DNA of 64,000 nucleotides from Sulfurospirillaceae bacterium (GTDB taxonomy: Bacteria > Campylobacterota > Campylobacteria > Campylobacterales > Sulfurospirillaceae): NCBI GenBank assembly GCA_033723415.1, contig JAWVXD010000003.1, positions 96,001-160,000 on the forward strand. The letters are read 5' to 3'. Every line of letters starts with the position of its first letter. Positions within the stretch are counted from its first letter, which is position 1. The position numbers were made by a program, and so were the translations under genes. The notes under the pieces are model-generated. The model was not told where the DNA came from. It worked only from the letters and a program-made list of their open reading frames with translations, and made no database searches. Positions 49,452 to 59,971 of this stretch are shown piece by piece.

Positions 49452-49580
49452 CAATTAGATTCCTCTTTTACTCTTACTTTGAGGACAAAAGTAGCAAATG
49501 CAGTCGCGTAAGCAAACTTTCTGTGAAATCCTCTTGTGGCTTACGAGCTTCACACTTAGAGTAAAAGAGTAATCTAATTG
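49452..49580. repeat. 129-bp element with 23-bp terminal inverted repeats (MITE-like or structured ncRNA)
   Basis: CAATTAGATTcCTCTTTTACTCT at 49452-49474 matches the reverse complement of 49558-49580 at 22/23 positions; inner stem CGTAAGC/GCTTACG. Confidence 0.7.
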
Positions 49581-49607
49581 ATTAAATATTATTATGGAGA
49601 ATTAAAT

Positions 49608-50246
49608 ATGAAAATCGCACCAAGTATATTGTCGGCAGATTTTGGTAGATTGGATGAAGAGATTAAAAAAATCTGTGATAGCGGTTGTGATTTTGTTCAT
49701 GTAGATGTGATGGATGGGCATTTCGTTCCCAATCTGACAATAGGACCTGTTGTTGTAAATGCAGTAGCAAAAGCTGCTACAAAACCATTGGATATTCATT
49801 TAATGGTTGAAAACAATACTTTTTTTGTTGAGCTTTTTGCTCCTATTAAACCAGAATTTATCTCTTTTCATATTGAAGAAGAGAAGCATCCTCACAGGTT
49901 GATCCAAAAAATCAGAAGTTATGGTATCAGACCTGCTATCGTGCTAAATCCACATACTCCCATAAGCGCTATAGAGTATCTTTTAGAAGATTTGGATATG
50001 GTGCTTTTGATGAGCGTTAATCCAGGATTTGGCGGACAAAAATTTATTCCGTCTGTTTTGAAAAAAGCAAAAGAGTTGAGAAATATGATCAAAGAAAAAA
50101 ATCTTGATGTGTTGATCGAGGTTGACGGCGGAGTAAATGATAAGAATGTTAAAGATCTAGAAAATGCCGGAGTGGACATTGTAGTTGCCGGTAATTATGT
50201 GTTTAGTGCTGAAGATTATGAGCAAGCAATTAAAAGTTTGAGATGA
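49608..50246 (+). CDS. rpe: Ribulose-phosphate 3-epimerase
   Basis: IAPSILSADF, HVDVMDGHFVPN, MSVNPGFGGQ and EVDGG motifs. Start ATG 49608. Confidence 0.97.
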   Translation: MKIAPSILSADFGRLDEEIKKICDSGCDFVHVDVMDGHFVPNLTIGPVVVNAVAKAATKPLDIHLMVENNTFFVELFAPIKPEFISFHIEEEKHPHRLIQKIRSYGIRPAIVLNPHTPISAIEYLLEDLDMVLLMSVNPGFGGQKFIPSVLKKAKELRNMIKEKNLDVLIEVDGGVNDKNVKDLENAGVDIVVAGNYVFSAEDYEQAIKSLR

Positions 50247-50839
50247 TAAATACCAAAGTAAAGATCTGTGGCATAACGAATCTTGAAGATGCACTGAGTG
50301 CTATAAAACACGGAGCCGATGCTCTGGGTTTTGTATTTTATGAAAAATCACCAAGATACATAAAACCTGAAATAGCAGGTGAAATAATCAAAAAGCTTCC
50401 TCCTTTTGTCGAAAAAGTAGGTCTTTTTGTCAATGTCTCGGCTCAAACAGTCAATGAGTACGCAAAGATCGCTCGTCTTACTTTGGCTCAGATTCATTTT
50501 CATGCGGATGTTACGTTTTATCGTAGCTTGGATGTACCGCATCTTAAAGTCGTTCGTGCAAATTGCAGGGAAGATATTTTAAAGTATAATGATGAATATC
50601 GATTGGTTGATTCATTTGTCGAGGGCTTTGGAGGCGAGGGCAAAAGTGTGGATATGTCTTGGTTTGAGGGTGTTGATTGCTCAAAGATCATCTTAGCCGG
50701 TGGTTTAAATGTGTCAAATATAGATAGTTTTAAAAAATATAACTTTTATGGTTTTGATGTCAGTAGTGCCGTAGAGAGAGAAAAAGGCTTAAAAGATGAG
50801 CAAAAAGTAGAAAAGTTTATAGAAAAAGCGAAAAATTAA
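50243..50839 (+). CDS. trpF: Phosphoribosylanthranilate isomerase
   Basis: KVKICGIT, SPRY, ILAGGL and DVSSAVE motifs. Confidence 0.94.
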   Translation: MINTKVKICGITNLEDALSAIKHGADALGFVFYEKSPRYIKPEIAGEIIKKLPPFVEKVGLFVNVSAQTVNEYAKIARLTLAQIHFHADVTFYRSLDVPHLKVVRANCREDILKYNDEYRLVDSFVEGFGGEGKSVDMSWFEGVDCSKIILAGGLNVSNIDSFKKYNFYGFDVSSAVEREKGLKDEQKVEKFIEKAKN

Positions 50840-50854
50840 AGGCTGGTCAAAATA

Positions 50855-51643
50855 TTGCAGAATATTGATATATTGGTTCAAAAAATTATAAAAGATAATC
50901 TAAGCAAAGAAGAATTTATACGAGAACTAAAAACAAAAAAACCGCTTGTAGATATTGATGTTGACGATTTTGAAAACTTAAGACTATTGGGCTTTCCGGT
51001 TCAAGAAATAGACAATCAAATCATAATAGAAACTGCAAATACAAAGCTTGAAGAACAAACTTTTTGTGTTGTAGACATAGAAGCAAACGGAAGTGATCCT
51101 CAAGTTAATCAAATCATAGAGATAGGTGCCGTGATGGTGAGAAACGGTGAAGAGATAGATAAATTTGAATCATTTGTGGAAACAGATGTTTTACCGGATT
51201 CAATTACCATGCTGACTGGTATTACTCTTGATGATCTAAAGGGTGCGCCTCCTCTTAATTTTGTGTTGGAAAAATTTAGACTTTTTTTAAAAGATGCTGT
51301 TTTTGTGGCACATAATGTAAATTTTGATTATAATTTTATATCAGCATCTTTGCAAAAAGCCGGATTTGGACCACTCTTGAATAGAAAGCTTTGTACAATT
51401 GATCTCTCCAGAAAATGTTTTCAGGCAGAAAAGTACGGTTTGAGCTTTTTGATGGAGCATTTTGATATATCTTTCGGAGCTCAGCATAGAGCTTTAGTTG
51501 ATGCCAAGATGGCTGATTTCGTACTTAGGCATTGTTTGCAAAATCTTCCGGTCAAAGTTTCAACAACTGAAGATCTAATTCAATTGTCAAAACCTATCAA
51601 GAAAAAAAAGAAAAAAACTAAAGATAAAAATTCTTATAACTAA
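50855..51643 (+). CDS. DEDDh 3'-5' exonuclease (DNA polymerase III epsilon-like)
   Basis: VVDIE, AHNVNFD and HRALVDA motifs. Confidence 0.88.
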   Translation: MQNIDILVQKIIKDNLSKEEFIRELKTKKPLVDIDVDDFENLRLLGFPVQEIDNQIIIETANTKLEEQTFCVVDIEANGSDPQVNQIIEIGAVMVRNGEEIDKFESFVETDVLPDSITMLTGITLDDLKGAPPLNFVLEKFRLFLKDAVFVAHNVNFDYNFISASLQKAGFGPLLNRKLCTIDLSRKCFQAEKYGLSFLMEHFDISFGAQHRALVDAKMADFVLRHCLQNLPVKVSTTEDLIQLSKPIKKKKKKTKDKNSYN

Positions 51644-52142
51644 TGTAATTTTTGGCAGATTCGTATATAGAAGCAACTTCTTCTTCTCTCAATTCTCTAA
51701 CAACTACGGCAGGAGATCCCATTATTAGTGATCTGGGAGGAAATATTTTATTTTTAGTTACAAGAGATCCTGCGCCTACTATAGATTCTTTTCCTATTAC
51801 AGCACCATCCATAATAGTTGTGCTCATGCCTATAAGGCAGGCATTTCCTATAGTACAGCCATGGAGCATCACTTTATGCCCTATTGTAACATCATCACCG
51901 ATGTAGGTAGGATGTCCGTCACTTTTGTCCTCTTTTGTATAATGGTCCACATGGATCATGCTAAGATCTTGTATATTTGTATTTGAGCCTATGTATATAG
52001 AATGGATATCAGCTCTTATCACGCATCCAAACCAGATTGAGCTTTCATCTCCTATTCGAAGATCACCTATCAAATCTGCGCTTGGCGCCACAAAAACGTT
52101 TTTTCCGATATCTGGTTTTGTTCCCCTGTATTCTAAAATCAT
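51618..52142 (-). CDS. Gamma carbonic anhydrase family protein
   Basis: Hexapeptide repeats; NIQD..MIH and TIGHKVMLHG motifs. Confidence 0.92.
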   Translation of the reverse strand: MILEYRGTKPDIGKNVFVAPSADLIGDLRIGDESSIWFGCVIRADIHSIYIGSNTNIQDLSMIHVDHYTKEDKSDGHPTYIGDDVTIGHKVMLHGCTIGNACLIGMSTTIMDGAVIGKESIVGAGSLVTKNKIFPPRSLIMGSPAVVVRELREEEVASIYESAKNYISYKNFYL

Positions 52143-52143
52143 C

Positions 52144-54243
52144 CTAGCTTTCCTTAAACAGTTTTTTGGCTAATCTCTCAGCTTTATTAGATGTCGAGTC
52201 TTTTCTCAGCGTCTTATAAATTTTATTGATGTAATCTTCTAAGATCTTTTGACTATTTATGATTTTGGAGCCGTCGTTTTCTATTTTTTCATATTCTTGC
52301 GTATTTTTGAGTTCCCATGCCAGAGAGTTATCATTGAGCTGGAGCTGCAATATTTCAAGTAATTTTTGCTGCAACTGTTTTTCTGTTATTGGAGTCATAA
52401 GTTCCAATCTTCTCTCTAAATTCCTAGGCATCCAGTCTGCACTTGATATGAACATACAAGGGTCTGAATTTTTAAAATAAAATATTCTTGAGTGTTCCAA
52501 GAATCTACCAACGATAGAAACAACTCTTATATTTTCGCTTAAACCTTTAACACCAGGCAGTAAGCAGCAGATACCTCTTATGATAAGATCTATCTTGACA
52601 CCTTTAGATGATGCATTATATAAAGCTTTTATAATGTCCGAATCAACAAGAGAGTTCATCTTGGCAATGATCTGTCCCTCTTCTCCAAGTTTTGCTTCAT
52701 TATTGATCATACCTAATAATTTGGATTTTATTTGGGTCGGCGACATACTTAGATGATTTAGTCTTTGATTTTTTGAAAAGCCTGAAAGTATATGGAAAAA
52801 TGTTGTTACATCTTCCCCAATTTCAGCATTGCAAGTAAAATAACTGACATCAGTATAGATTTTTGCCGTAGCTCCATTGTAATTTCCAGTACCAAGATGC
52901 ATATAAAATTTTAAATTACCATCTTCTTGGCGTATAATTTGAGCGACTTTTGCATGCACCTTAAATCCTGTGATCCCATATATAACATGAGCTCCGGCTT
53001 GCTCCAATGCTTTTGCCCAGTGCAGGTTGTTTTCCTCATCAAATCTAGCTTTAAGCTCAACCATCGCAGTAACTTGTTTTCCATCACTTGCAGCATCTAT
53101 AAGTGCTTGAACTATCTGAGAATTCTTTTCTACTCTGTAAAGTGTGCATCTTATAGAGATGACTTTCGGGTCTTTAGAAGCTTCTTTTATAAGACGATAT
53201 ACCGGTTCAAAACTCTCATATGGGTGATATAATAAAACATCCCCTTTAGTGATAGTCTTAAATATCGATTCATTTTTATCAAGCGGCGGTAATACTTTTG
53301 GATGTAAAGGATTTAAACAAAGGTGAGAGAAGTCTTTGTCGCCAACAATCTGCCATAATGCTCCAAGGTTCAGCGGTAGATTGTATTCATAAATATCTTT
53401 GAAGAAAATTTGCATGTGGGTATTTAAAAACTCCAGGATATCAGGATCTGCGCCTGATTGTATAGTTAGTCTTACAAAAGCACCTTTTCTTCTAAGTTTT
53501 ATTCCTTGTTCCATGATCATCATAAAGTCATCGGCTTCTTCTTCTTCTATGACAATATCCGCATTTCTTGTAACTCTGAATGCCGCAGACGAGATCAGCT
53601 TATAGCCGGGAAATATCGTCTCCACGTGTTCGTGAACAATTGATTCTATAGGGACATAGTGATTATCATCTGCTTGAAAAAAACGAGGTAATACTCTGGT
53701 TATTCTGATCATCCCGTATTTAAATTTTGAGTCTTCAGTACTGTCACTCAGTTTGACAGCCAGTGAAAAGCTTAAATTGTTTAGATGAGGGAAAGGATGC
53801 GTAGAGTTTACGGCAATAGGTATAATTATAGGCAGTATATTTGATACGAAATACTCATCGGCTTTCTTTTTTAGTTCATCACTTAGATATTCATAACTTT
53901 TTATAAAAAGATTCTCACCCTCTAACCCATTTACAATTTCATGATAAGTGTCTTGTACGATCTCTTTTTCTGCCGAGATGTAGCTTCTTATCCCCCTGAG
54001 CTGATCAAGCGGAGTCATCTGATCAGGCCCTGTTACTATGACACCAGCGTTAAAAAGTTGTTTTAATCCGGCAACTCTTATCATGTAAAATTCGTCTAGA
54101 TTTGTAGTATAAATAGCCAAAAATTTTAATCTCTCTAAAAGAGGAAGTTCTTTTTTCCTTGCCTGTTCCAAGACTCTAGTATTAAATCTTAGCCAAGATA
54201 ATTCTCTATTTATATATGCGCTAGAATCATTTAAATTTGGCAT
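52144..54243 (-). CDS. ppk1: Polyphosphate kinase 1
   Basis: [30 protein letters not shown] and SADWMPRNL motifs. Confidence 0.97.
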   Translation of the reverse strand: MPNLNDSSAYINRELSWLRFNTRVLEQARKKELPLLERLKFLAIYTTNLDEFYMIRVAGLKQLFNAGVIVTGPDQMTPLDQLRGIRSYISAEKEIVQDTYHEIVNGLEGENLFIKSYEYLSDELKKKADEYFVSNILPIIIPIAVNSTHPFPHLNNLSFSLAVKLSDSTEDSKFKYGMIRITRVLPRFFQADDNHYVPIESIVHEHVETIFPGYKLISSAAFRVTRNADIVIEEEEADDFMMIMEQGIKLRRKGAFVRLTIQSGADPDILEFLNTHMQIFFKDIYEYNLPLNLGALWQIVGDKDFSHLCLNPLHPKVLPPLDKNESIFKTITKGDVLLYHPYESFEPVYRLIKEASKDPKVISIRCTLYRVEKNSQIVQALIDAASDGKQVTAMVELKARFDEENNLHWAKALEQAGAHVIYGITGFKVHAKVAQIIRQEDGNLKFYMHLGTGNYNGATAKIYTDVSYFTCNAEIGEDVTTFFHILSGFSKNQRLNHLSMSPTQIKSKLLGMINNEAKLGEEGQIIAKMNSLVDSDIIKALYNASSKGVKIDLIIRGICCLLPGVKGLSENIRVVSIVGRFLEHSRIFYFKNSDPCMFISSADWMPRNLERRLELMTPITEKQLQQKLLEILQLQLNDNSLAWELKNTQEYEKIENDGSKIINSQKILEDYINKIYKTLRKDSTSNKAERLAKKLFKES

Positions 54244-54304
54244 TATGCCTCCTTTGAGAGTATTTATAAAATGCTTATTATATCAAAAATATAGCGCCTC
54301 GTAG

Positions 54305-56281
54305 TCATAGTTTTCTAAGTTTTGCTATCTCATCCCTAAGTTTTGCGGCTTTTTCAAATTCTAGATCTTTTGCAGCTTTGTGCATTTGAATGCTGAGTGA
54401 TTTGATGATCTCTTTTTTCTGGCTTGGCGGGATCTTGTCCTTTTTGTCATAGGTATTGTATATATCACCTAATTCTTCGACTTTTAAATTTTCATCCATC
54501 CCTCTGGTCGTTGTCGTCGGAGTTATATTGTGCTTTTTGTTGTATGCTTCTTGTATCTTTCTTCTCTTTTCAGTTATTTCGATAGCTTTTCTCATAGATT
54601 CTGTTATCTTCTTTGCAAACAAGATGACTTTACCGTGAGTATTTCTTGCGGCTCTCCCCATAGTTTGAATCAAGCTGGTTTCACTTCTTAAAAATCCTTC
54701 TTTATCGGCATCAAGTATAGCCACGAGTGAGACTTCCGGGAGGTCTAAACCTTCTCTTAAAAGGTTGATACCTACTAAGATATCAAATTCTCCGTTTCTA
54801 AGAGCTCTAATAATCTGATTTCGCTCGATCGCATCGATTTCAGAGTGCATATATTTTACTTTGAGCCCTAGTTCATTATAATATCTACTAAGTTCTTCTG
54901 CCATCTTTTTGGTTAATACAGTGACTAAAACACGCTCATCCTTGGCAACTACATTTTTTATCTCATCAAACAACCACTCTACTTGATTTTCACTATCTAT
55001 TATCTCAATTTGCGGCTCCATAAGTCCAGTCGGTCTGATCACCTGTTCAGCTACATTTTCACCGGACAATTCTAGCTCTAACTCTTTTGGTGTAGCTGAA
55101 ACAAAAAGGTAATGCGGTGCTTTATTTATAAATTCATCAAACATCAAAGGACGGTTATCAAGGGCACTTGGAAGCCTAAAACCGTATTCTACCAAAACTT
55201 CTTTTCTGCTGCGATCTCCTGCAAACATACCGCGAAATTGAGGAAGACTGACATGTGATTCATCTACTATGACAAGATAATCTTTCCCCATAGTTTCAAA
55301 ATAATCAAATAAAGAATAAGGAGTCTCTCCTTCCTTGATTCCTGTTAGATATCTAGCGTAATTCTCAACTCCCTTGCAGGCACCTGTTGCTTGAAGCATT
55401 TCTAGATCAAACTCAACTCTACTTTTTAGACGTTGATACTCTACCAATTTATCTGCATCTTTTAGCTCTTGTAGCCTCTGTGCCAACTCCTCTTCTATTT
55501 GTTTAATCGCAATTTTCAGTCTTTCATGACCTACTATAAATTGATTGGCTGCGTAGATGATGACTTTGTCGACATTTTTTATTTTTTGATTGCTCAAAAC
55601 TTCAAAGTAATAGATACTTTCTATCTCATCTCCGAAGAATTCGATCCTTATGGCTTCATCCTCATTGTAGGCCGGATGTATATCTACAACATCACCATTT
55701 ACTCTAAAACATCCTCTGTCAAAAAAAGTATCATTTCTTTTATATCCCATGTCTACAAGTTGTAATAAAAGTTTTTTCTGGTTTATGCTTTGCCCAACAT
55801 CAAGAGCTTGGACCATACTCTTGTACTCATTTGGATTTCCCAAACCGTAATTTGCAGAAACTGAAGCTACACATATGACATCATCAAAACTTAAAAGTGA
55901 TGCAGTCGCACTTAGTCGCAACCTCTCCAGTTCTTCATTAATGGAGCTGTCTTTTTCTATGAACAGATCTGCTCTAGGGATATAAGCTTCAGGTTGGTAG
56001 TAGTCATAATAAGAGATAAAATATTCTACATGATTTTTTGGGAAAAAACCTTTGAATTCACTATAAAGCTGAGCTGCAAGAGTTTTATTATGCGTCATGA
56101 TAAGTGTAGGCATCTGAAGTTCGTTTATGATGTTAGCCATAGTAAAAGTTTTACCGCTTCCGGTTACTCCTACCAAAGTTTGGTACCTATTGTTTTTTTT
56201 TATTGAATCTGATAGTTTTTTAATTGCATCAGGCTGGTCACCTGTTGGAGAAAATTTACTATTTAGTTGAAACTTTGTCAT
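54305..56281 (-). CDS. uvrB: Excinuclease ABC subunit B
   Basis: [22 protein letters not shown] and [10 protein letters not shown] motifs, with a C-terminal UVR domain. Confidence 0.98.
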   Translation of the reverse strand: MTKFQLNSKFSPTGDQPDAIKKLSDSIKKNNRYQTLVGVTGSGKTFTMANIINELQMPTLIMTHNKTLAAQLYSEFKGFFPKNHVEYFISYYDYYQPEAYIPRADLFIEKDSSINEELERLRLSATASLLSFDDVICVASVSANYGLGNPNEYKSMVQALDVGQSINQKKLLLQLVDMGYKRNDTFFDRGCFRVNGDVVDIHPAYNEDEAIRIEFFGDEIESIYYFEVLSNQKIKNVDKVIIYAANQFIVGHERLKIAIKQIEEELAQRLQELKDADKLVEYQRLKSRVEFDLEMLQATGACKGVENYARYLTGIKEGETPYSLFDYFETMGKDYLVIVDESHVSLPQFRGMFAGDRSRKEVLVEYGFRLPSALDNRPLMFDEFINKAPHYLFVSATPKELELELSGENVAEQVIRPTGLMEPQIEIIDSENQVEWLFDEIKNVVAKDERVLVTVLTKKMAEELSRYYNELGLKVKYMHSEIDAIERNQIIRALRNGEFDILVGINLLREGLDLPEVSLVAILDADKEGFLRSETSLIQTMGRAARNTHGKVILFAKKITESMRKAIEITEKRRKIQEAYNKKHNITPTTTTRGMDENLKVEELGDIYNTYDKKDKIPPSQKKEIIKSLSIQMHKAAKDLEFEKAAKLRDEIAKLRKL

Positions 56282-56303
56282 CTTTTTACTTTTTTTTGTT
56301 ACA

Positions 56304-56312
56304 ATTATAGCA
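56304..56312 (-). promoter_or_regulatory. Extended -10 promoter for uvrB
   Basis: TGCTATAAT on the minus strand, about 23 nt upstream of the start. Confidence 0.6.
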
Positions 56313-56339
56313 AAGTTATTACTCTACTGGCTAAATACA

Positions 56340-56366
56340 TCAATACCGGATATACTTAGCCGATAA
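56340..56366 (+). promoter_or_regulatory. Sigma28 (FliA)-like promoter
   Basis: TCAA-N15-GCCGATAA, 29 nt before the zapB-like start. Confidence 0.55.
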
Positions 56367-56395
56367 AGTAATTAAATTATCAATTAGGAATAAGC

Positions 56396-56629
56396 ATGTT
56401 TAGTGAAGAATTAACCGTAAGTAAACTTAGTGAAAAGATAAATAACTTATTGACTAGGTTTGAAGATCTGAAGGCTCAGAACGAATCACTTATGCAACAA
56501 GTGATGACGCTGAAAGCTGAAAATGAGGCTAAAAGTGCTCAGATAGAAAAACTTGAAGAAGATGTGATGAACAAAGATATGGAAGCAGATGATATACTTG
56601 GTAAGATCGAGGAAGTCTTGCGAAGATGA
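56396..56629 (+). CDS. Small coiled-coil protein, ZapB-like
   Basis: Continuous heptad pattern; paired with a downstream ZapA-like gene. Confidence 0.55.
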   Translation: MFSEELTVSKLSEKINNLLTRFEDLKAQNESLMQQVMTLKAENEAKSAQIEKLEEDVMNKDMEADDILGKIEEVLRR

Positions 56630-56853
56630 GTAAAATTTCTCTTCAAATAGGCGCAAAAGATTTTGATATCAAGCTTGATGGAGATTTTTCTGAATTTTTT
56701 GAAAAAGATTTTAAAAAGACATTTAAAGACCAACGTAATATCGATATCAAAGATCTCCTTTGGAGTTATGTCCAAAAAGTTTATAATGAATATGAAACAG
56801 AACAGCAAATAAAAGAGATTTTGTCAAAAGTGGCAAAGATCGATGAAGCTTAA
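56626..56853 (+). CDS. Small protein, ZapA-like
   Basis: N-terminal beta strands (KISLQIGAKDFDI) followed by helices; ATGA-coupled to the upstream gene. Confidence 0.5.
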   Translation: MSKISLQIGAKDFDIKLDGDFSEFFEKDFKKTFKDQRNIDIKDLLWSYVQKVYNEYETEQQIKEILSKVAKIDEA

Positions 56854-56885
56854 AAGCCTGGATATAGGCTGATTCTCTATTACAA

Positions 56886-56912
56886 TAAAAAATTATCCAA
56901 CTAAGCCGATAT
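56886..56912 (+). promoter_or_regulatory. Sigma28 (FliA)-like promoter upstream of the pilin genes
   Basis: TAAA-N15-GCCGATAT. Confidence 0.55.
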
Positions 56913-57002
56913 TGTTTAAGTGTATATTTAAGTTTATTTAAATATCATATCAGTTAGGTTGATAAGTGTATCAATCAAAAAATTTACAAAAAGGAGTAAA
57001 CC

Positions 57003-57530
57003 ATGAAAAAGGGTTTTACTATGATCGAGTTGATCTTCGTGATCGTAATTTTAGGAATTTTAGCAGCGGTTGCGATTCCAAGACTAGCAGCAACAAGAGA
57101 TGATGCAAAGCTTGCAGCTGTTAAAACAGATATAGGTACTTTTATGAATGCGATTCCTGCATGGTATCAAGGACAAAAAGATGCTAGAATTGCTCAGGCA
57201 ACTAGTATAGATACAAACCAATGGGTCCAAAATACTGGAGTTGGAGCTGAATATACACTAACTTTAGATAATCAAGCTTGTGTTACTATAGCTGTATGGG
57301 ACGTGAATGGTACCACAGCAGCAGATGCTCACGTAGCTACTACAGCTGAGATAAATGCTACAAATGGTGCTTGGCAACCAACACTTACTGATGGTGTACC
57401 TGTATTTAGAGTTATTAATGCACCAAAGCTTGCCGGAAATTCTCCAACAGGTATCTGTGGAACTCTATGGAATGACATGGGTGTACAAGAAGCAAATATT
57501 ACTATGGCCGGTCAAAAAGTTAAGTGGTAA
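57003..57530 (+). CDS. Type IV pilin / pseudopilin (probable major subunit)
   Basis: Class III signal MKKG|FTMIEL, hydrophobic helix, two Cys residues; strong AAGGAG RBS. Confidence 0.9.
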   Translation: MKKGFTMIELIFVIVILGILAAVAIPRLAATRDDAKLAAVKTDIGTFMNAIPAWYQGQKDARIAQATSIDTNQWVQNTGVGAEYTLTLDNQACVTIAVWDVNGTTAADAHVATTAEINATNGAWQPTLTDGVPVFRVINAPKLAGNSPTGICGTLWNDMGVQEANITMAGQKVKW

Positions 57531-57543
57531 TTGTTTGAAACAA

Positions 57544-58023
57544 ATGATAGATAAAAAGGCAGGTACTAGACCTGCCTTTACAATGATCGAGCTTATCTTT
57601 GTCATCGTGGTGATAGGTATACTCTCAGCTATTGCTATACCACGACTTGCTGCAAGTAGAGATGATGCCGTACTGGTAAAAGCAAAATCTCAAGTATCAG
57701 CCATAAGAAGCGGTATTGCTATGCAGAAAAATAAAAGATTACTAGAGGGAACAACTCCTGCTCTTCTACCTTCTCTTGATAGTGTAACTAATTATAATTT
57801 AGCTAATCAAAGACTTTTCAACTATGCCGATGGCAACAGTAGCAATGTTTTAGAATATCCAATATATTCAAAAATAAACAGTGATGGAGCATGGGTAAAA
57901 ACTGCGGCAAATAAATACTCTATTTATCTTCGTAATACTACAGTATCTTTTGATTACAATTCAACTAGCGGTATATTTGATTGTTCTCATACAGACCAAA
58001 ACTGCAAAGATCTAACACAATAA
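57544..58023 (+). CDS. Type IV pilin / pseudopilin (second subunit)
   Basis: MIDKKAGTRPA|FTMIEL and a C-terminal Cys pair. Start ATG 57544 rather than 57355. Confidence 0.85.
   Translation: MIDKKAGTRPAFTMIELIFVIVVIGILSAIAIPRLAASRDDAVLVKAKSQVSAIRSGIAMQKNKRLLEGTTPALLPSLDSVTNYNLANQRLFNYADGNSSNVLEYPIYSKINSDGAWVKTAANKYSIYLRNTTVSFDYNSTSGIFDCSHTDQNCKDLTQ
57555..57579 (+). terminator. Terminator-like hairpin inside the leader peptide of pilin 2
   Basis: Perfect AAAGGCAGGT-actag-ACCTGCCTTT. Confidence 0.6.
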
Positions 58024-58024
58024 G

Positions 58025-59869
58025 TTGAAACACTACTTTTTAGTTTCTCTTCTTTCGTCTCCTCTTGGTCCTTTAACTTATGAATGCGAATATGAACTTA
58101 AAATCGGCAATATCGTAGAAGTTACGTTAAATAAAAAATCTAGGATTGGTGTTGTAATATCAAAAACAGTTAAACCTGATTTTGAGTGTGAAGAGATAAT
58201 AAGTGTAAAAGAAGAGTTTTATGAAGAAAAAACTCTTATGCTCGCAAAATTTATAAGCGATTATTATGTATGTTCTCTTGGTGATGCTATTAAATTATTT
58301 GTACCGTACAAAAAGGTACAAATACAATATAAAAATAGTGAAAAGGCGATCTCTCCATTTATCCTTTCCAAAAAACAAGAATCAGCATTTGAATTTATAA
58401 ATCATCATGACAGGTCACTACTTTTTGGAGATACGGGAAGCGGTAAAACAGAAATCTATATGAAGTGTATAACAGAAGTTATAAATAGCGGTAAAAAAGC
58501 GATTTTCCTAATGCCCGAAATAGGGTTGACCCCACAAATGAAAAAAAGGCTTGTAAGTGTTTTTGGAGAACGTGTGGCAATATGGCATTCAAAGATAACA
58601 AAAAAGAAAAAAGAAGAGATTATAAACGACTTGTGCAGCGACAAAATATCTTTGATAGCAGGCACTAGGTCAGCACTTTTTTTACCGGTGTCAAATTTGG
58701 GTTTGATAATTGTAGATGAAGAGCATGATGATAGCTATAAATCAAGTCAAAGACCAAGATATAACGCAAAGGATCTAGCGCTTTTATTTGCGAAGAGAGA
58801 AAATGCAAAAGTTGTATTAGGTAGTGCAACACCAAGTTTAGGCAGTTATAAAAATCTTCCTAGATTTAGATTGAGCGGGACTTATTTTGATACCAAAAAA
58901 AGTTATTTCTTTGAGAATTATATCAGTGAATTAACACCTCTTTTAATAGACAAGATTAAAGAACATTTAGATAAAAAAGAGAAGATTATAGTCTTTTTAC
59001 CGACTCGTGCCAATTTTAAATATATGACTTGTTTTGATTGTGGAGCAAACATAACGTGTCCGCATTGTAGTGTAGGGATGAGTCTACACAGCGACAAAAA
59101 CGCCCTTGTTTGTCATTATTGCAATTTTACGCAGAGGATCCCAAATACATGCCCTAAATGCGAGAGTGAAAATCTTCATACAAATAGAATAGGTACGGCA
59201 CAAATCGTTGCTTACCTGAAAGAAGTGTTCAAAGATAAGGTCATAGGAAAATTCGATAGAGATGAAGTTAAAACAATTAAAAAATTAAATAGTGTTCTGA
59301 AAGATTTTAATGACGGTTTGATAGATATTTTGGTCGGAACTCAAATGCTCTCTAAAGGTCATGATTATCACTCTATTGGACTTAGTGTCATCATGGGAAT
59401 CGATGCCGTGTTGAACATGCCAGATTTTAGAGCTAGGGAAAAAGCTATATCTTTGGTACATCAGATAGCCGGACGAGCAGGACGAGCAGGTGAGGGCGAA
59501 GTTTATATACAAACACAAAATGTAGATATAATAAAAGAATTTATGAGTGATTATGAGAGTTTCTTAAAAGATGAATTAAGGTATAGAAAAGAGATCTATC
59601 CTCCATTTATAAAGCTTTTAAAGATATTGGTCTCTCACAAAAGTGATGAAAAAGCAAGCCTGCTGCTCGCAGAAGTCGTGAGATTGGCACGCACCTTTTC
59701 AAAACTTGAAATAGTAGGTGAGGGTAGAGCAAATATAGAAAAAATCGCCGGAAAATATAGATATAACTTACTTTTAAGAAGTCATGACCCAAAAGAGTTG
59801 TTGAATTTTGCTCATACCTGTAATAAACTTCAAGTAGAGATAGATATGGACCCGTTATCTTTTTCTTAA
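58025..59869 (+). CDS. priA: Primosomal protein N'
   Basis: GDTGSGKT, DEEH, four CxxC motifs and QIAGRAGR. Confidence 0.96.
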   Translation: MKHYFLVSLLSSPLGPLTYECEYELKIGNIVEVTLNKKSRIGVVISKTVKPDFECEEIISVKEEFYEEKTLMLAKFISDYYVCSLGDAIKLFVPYKKVQIQYKNSEKAISPFILSKKQESAFEFINHHDRSLLFGDTGSGKTEIYMKCITEVINSGKKAIFLMPEIGLTPQMKKRLVSVFGERVAIWHSKITKKKKEEIINDLCSDKISLIAGTRSALFLPVSNLGLIIVDEEHDDSYKSSQRPRYNAKDLALLFAKRENAKVVLGSATPSLGSYKNLPRFRLSGTYFDTKKSYFFENYISELTPLLIDKIKEHLDKKEKIIVFLPTRANFKYMTCFDCGANITCPHCSVGMSLHSDKNALVCHYCNFTQRIPNTCPKCESENLHTNRIGTAQIVAYLKEVFKDKVIGKFDRDEVKTIKKLNSVLKDFNDGLIDILVGTQMLSKGHDYHSIGLSVIMGIDAVLNMPDFRAREKAISLVHQIAGRAGRAGEGEVYIQTQNVDIIKEFMSDYESFLKDELRYRKEIYPPFIKLLKILVSHKSDEKASLLLAEVVRLARTFSKLEIVGEGRANIEKIAGKYRYNLLLRSHDPKELLNFAHTCNKLQVEIDMDPLSFS

Positions 59870-59971
59870 CCTAATTTTTGTATAATCATTTTATAAAATA
59901 TTATTTGTATCAAAAGTAAAATTTGAACAATATTGAATAATGCGGTTTTTTATAAGAAAGGCAATAACTAA

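Noticed and set aside
49452..49580. tRNA, SRP RNA or 6S RNA
   Set aside because: No cloverleaf or T-loop, no SRP GGAA-tetraloop motif, and shorter than typical 6S RNA. It cannot be assigned without a covariance search.
57355..57543. Long N-terminal extension of pilin 2 in the ORF track
   Set aside because: It overlaps pilin 1 out of frame, and prepilin leaders are short; ATG 57544 fits better.
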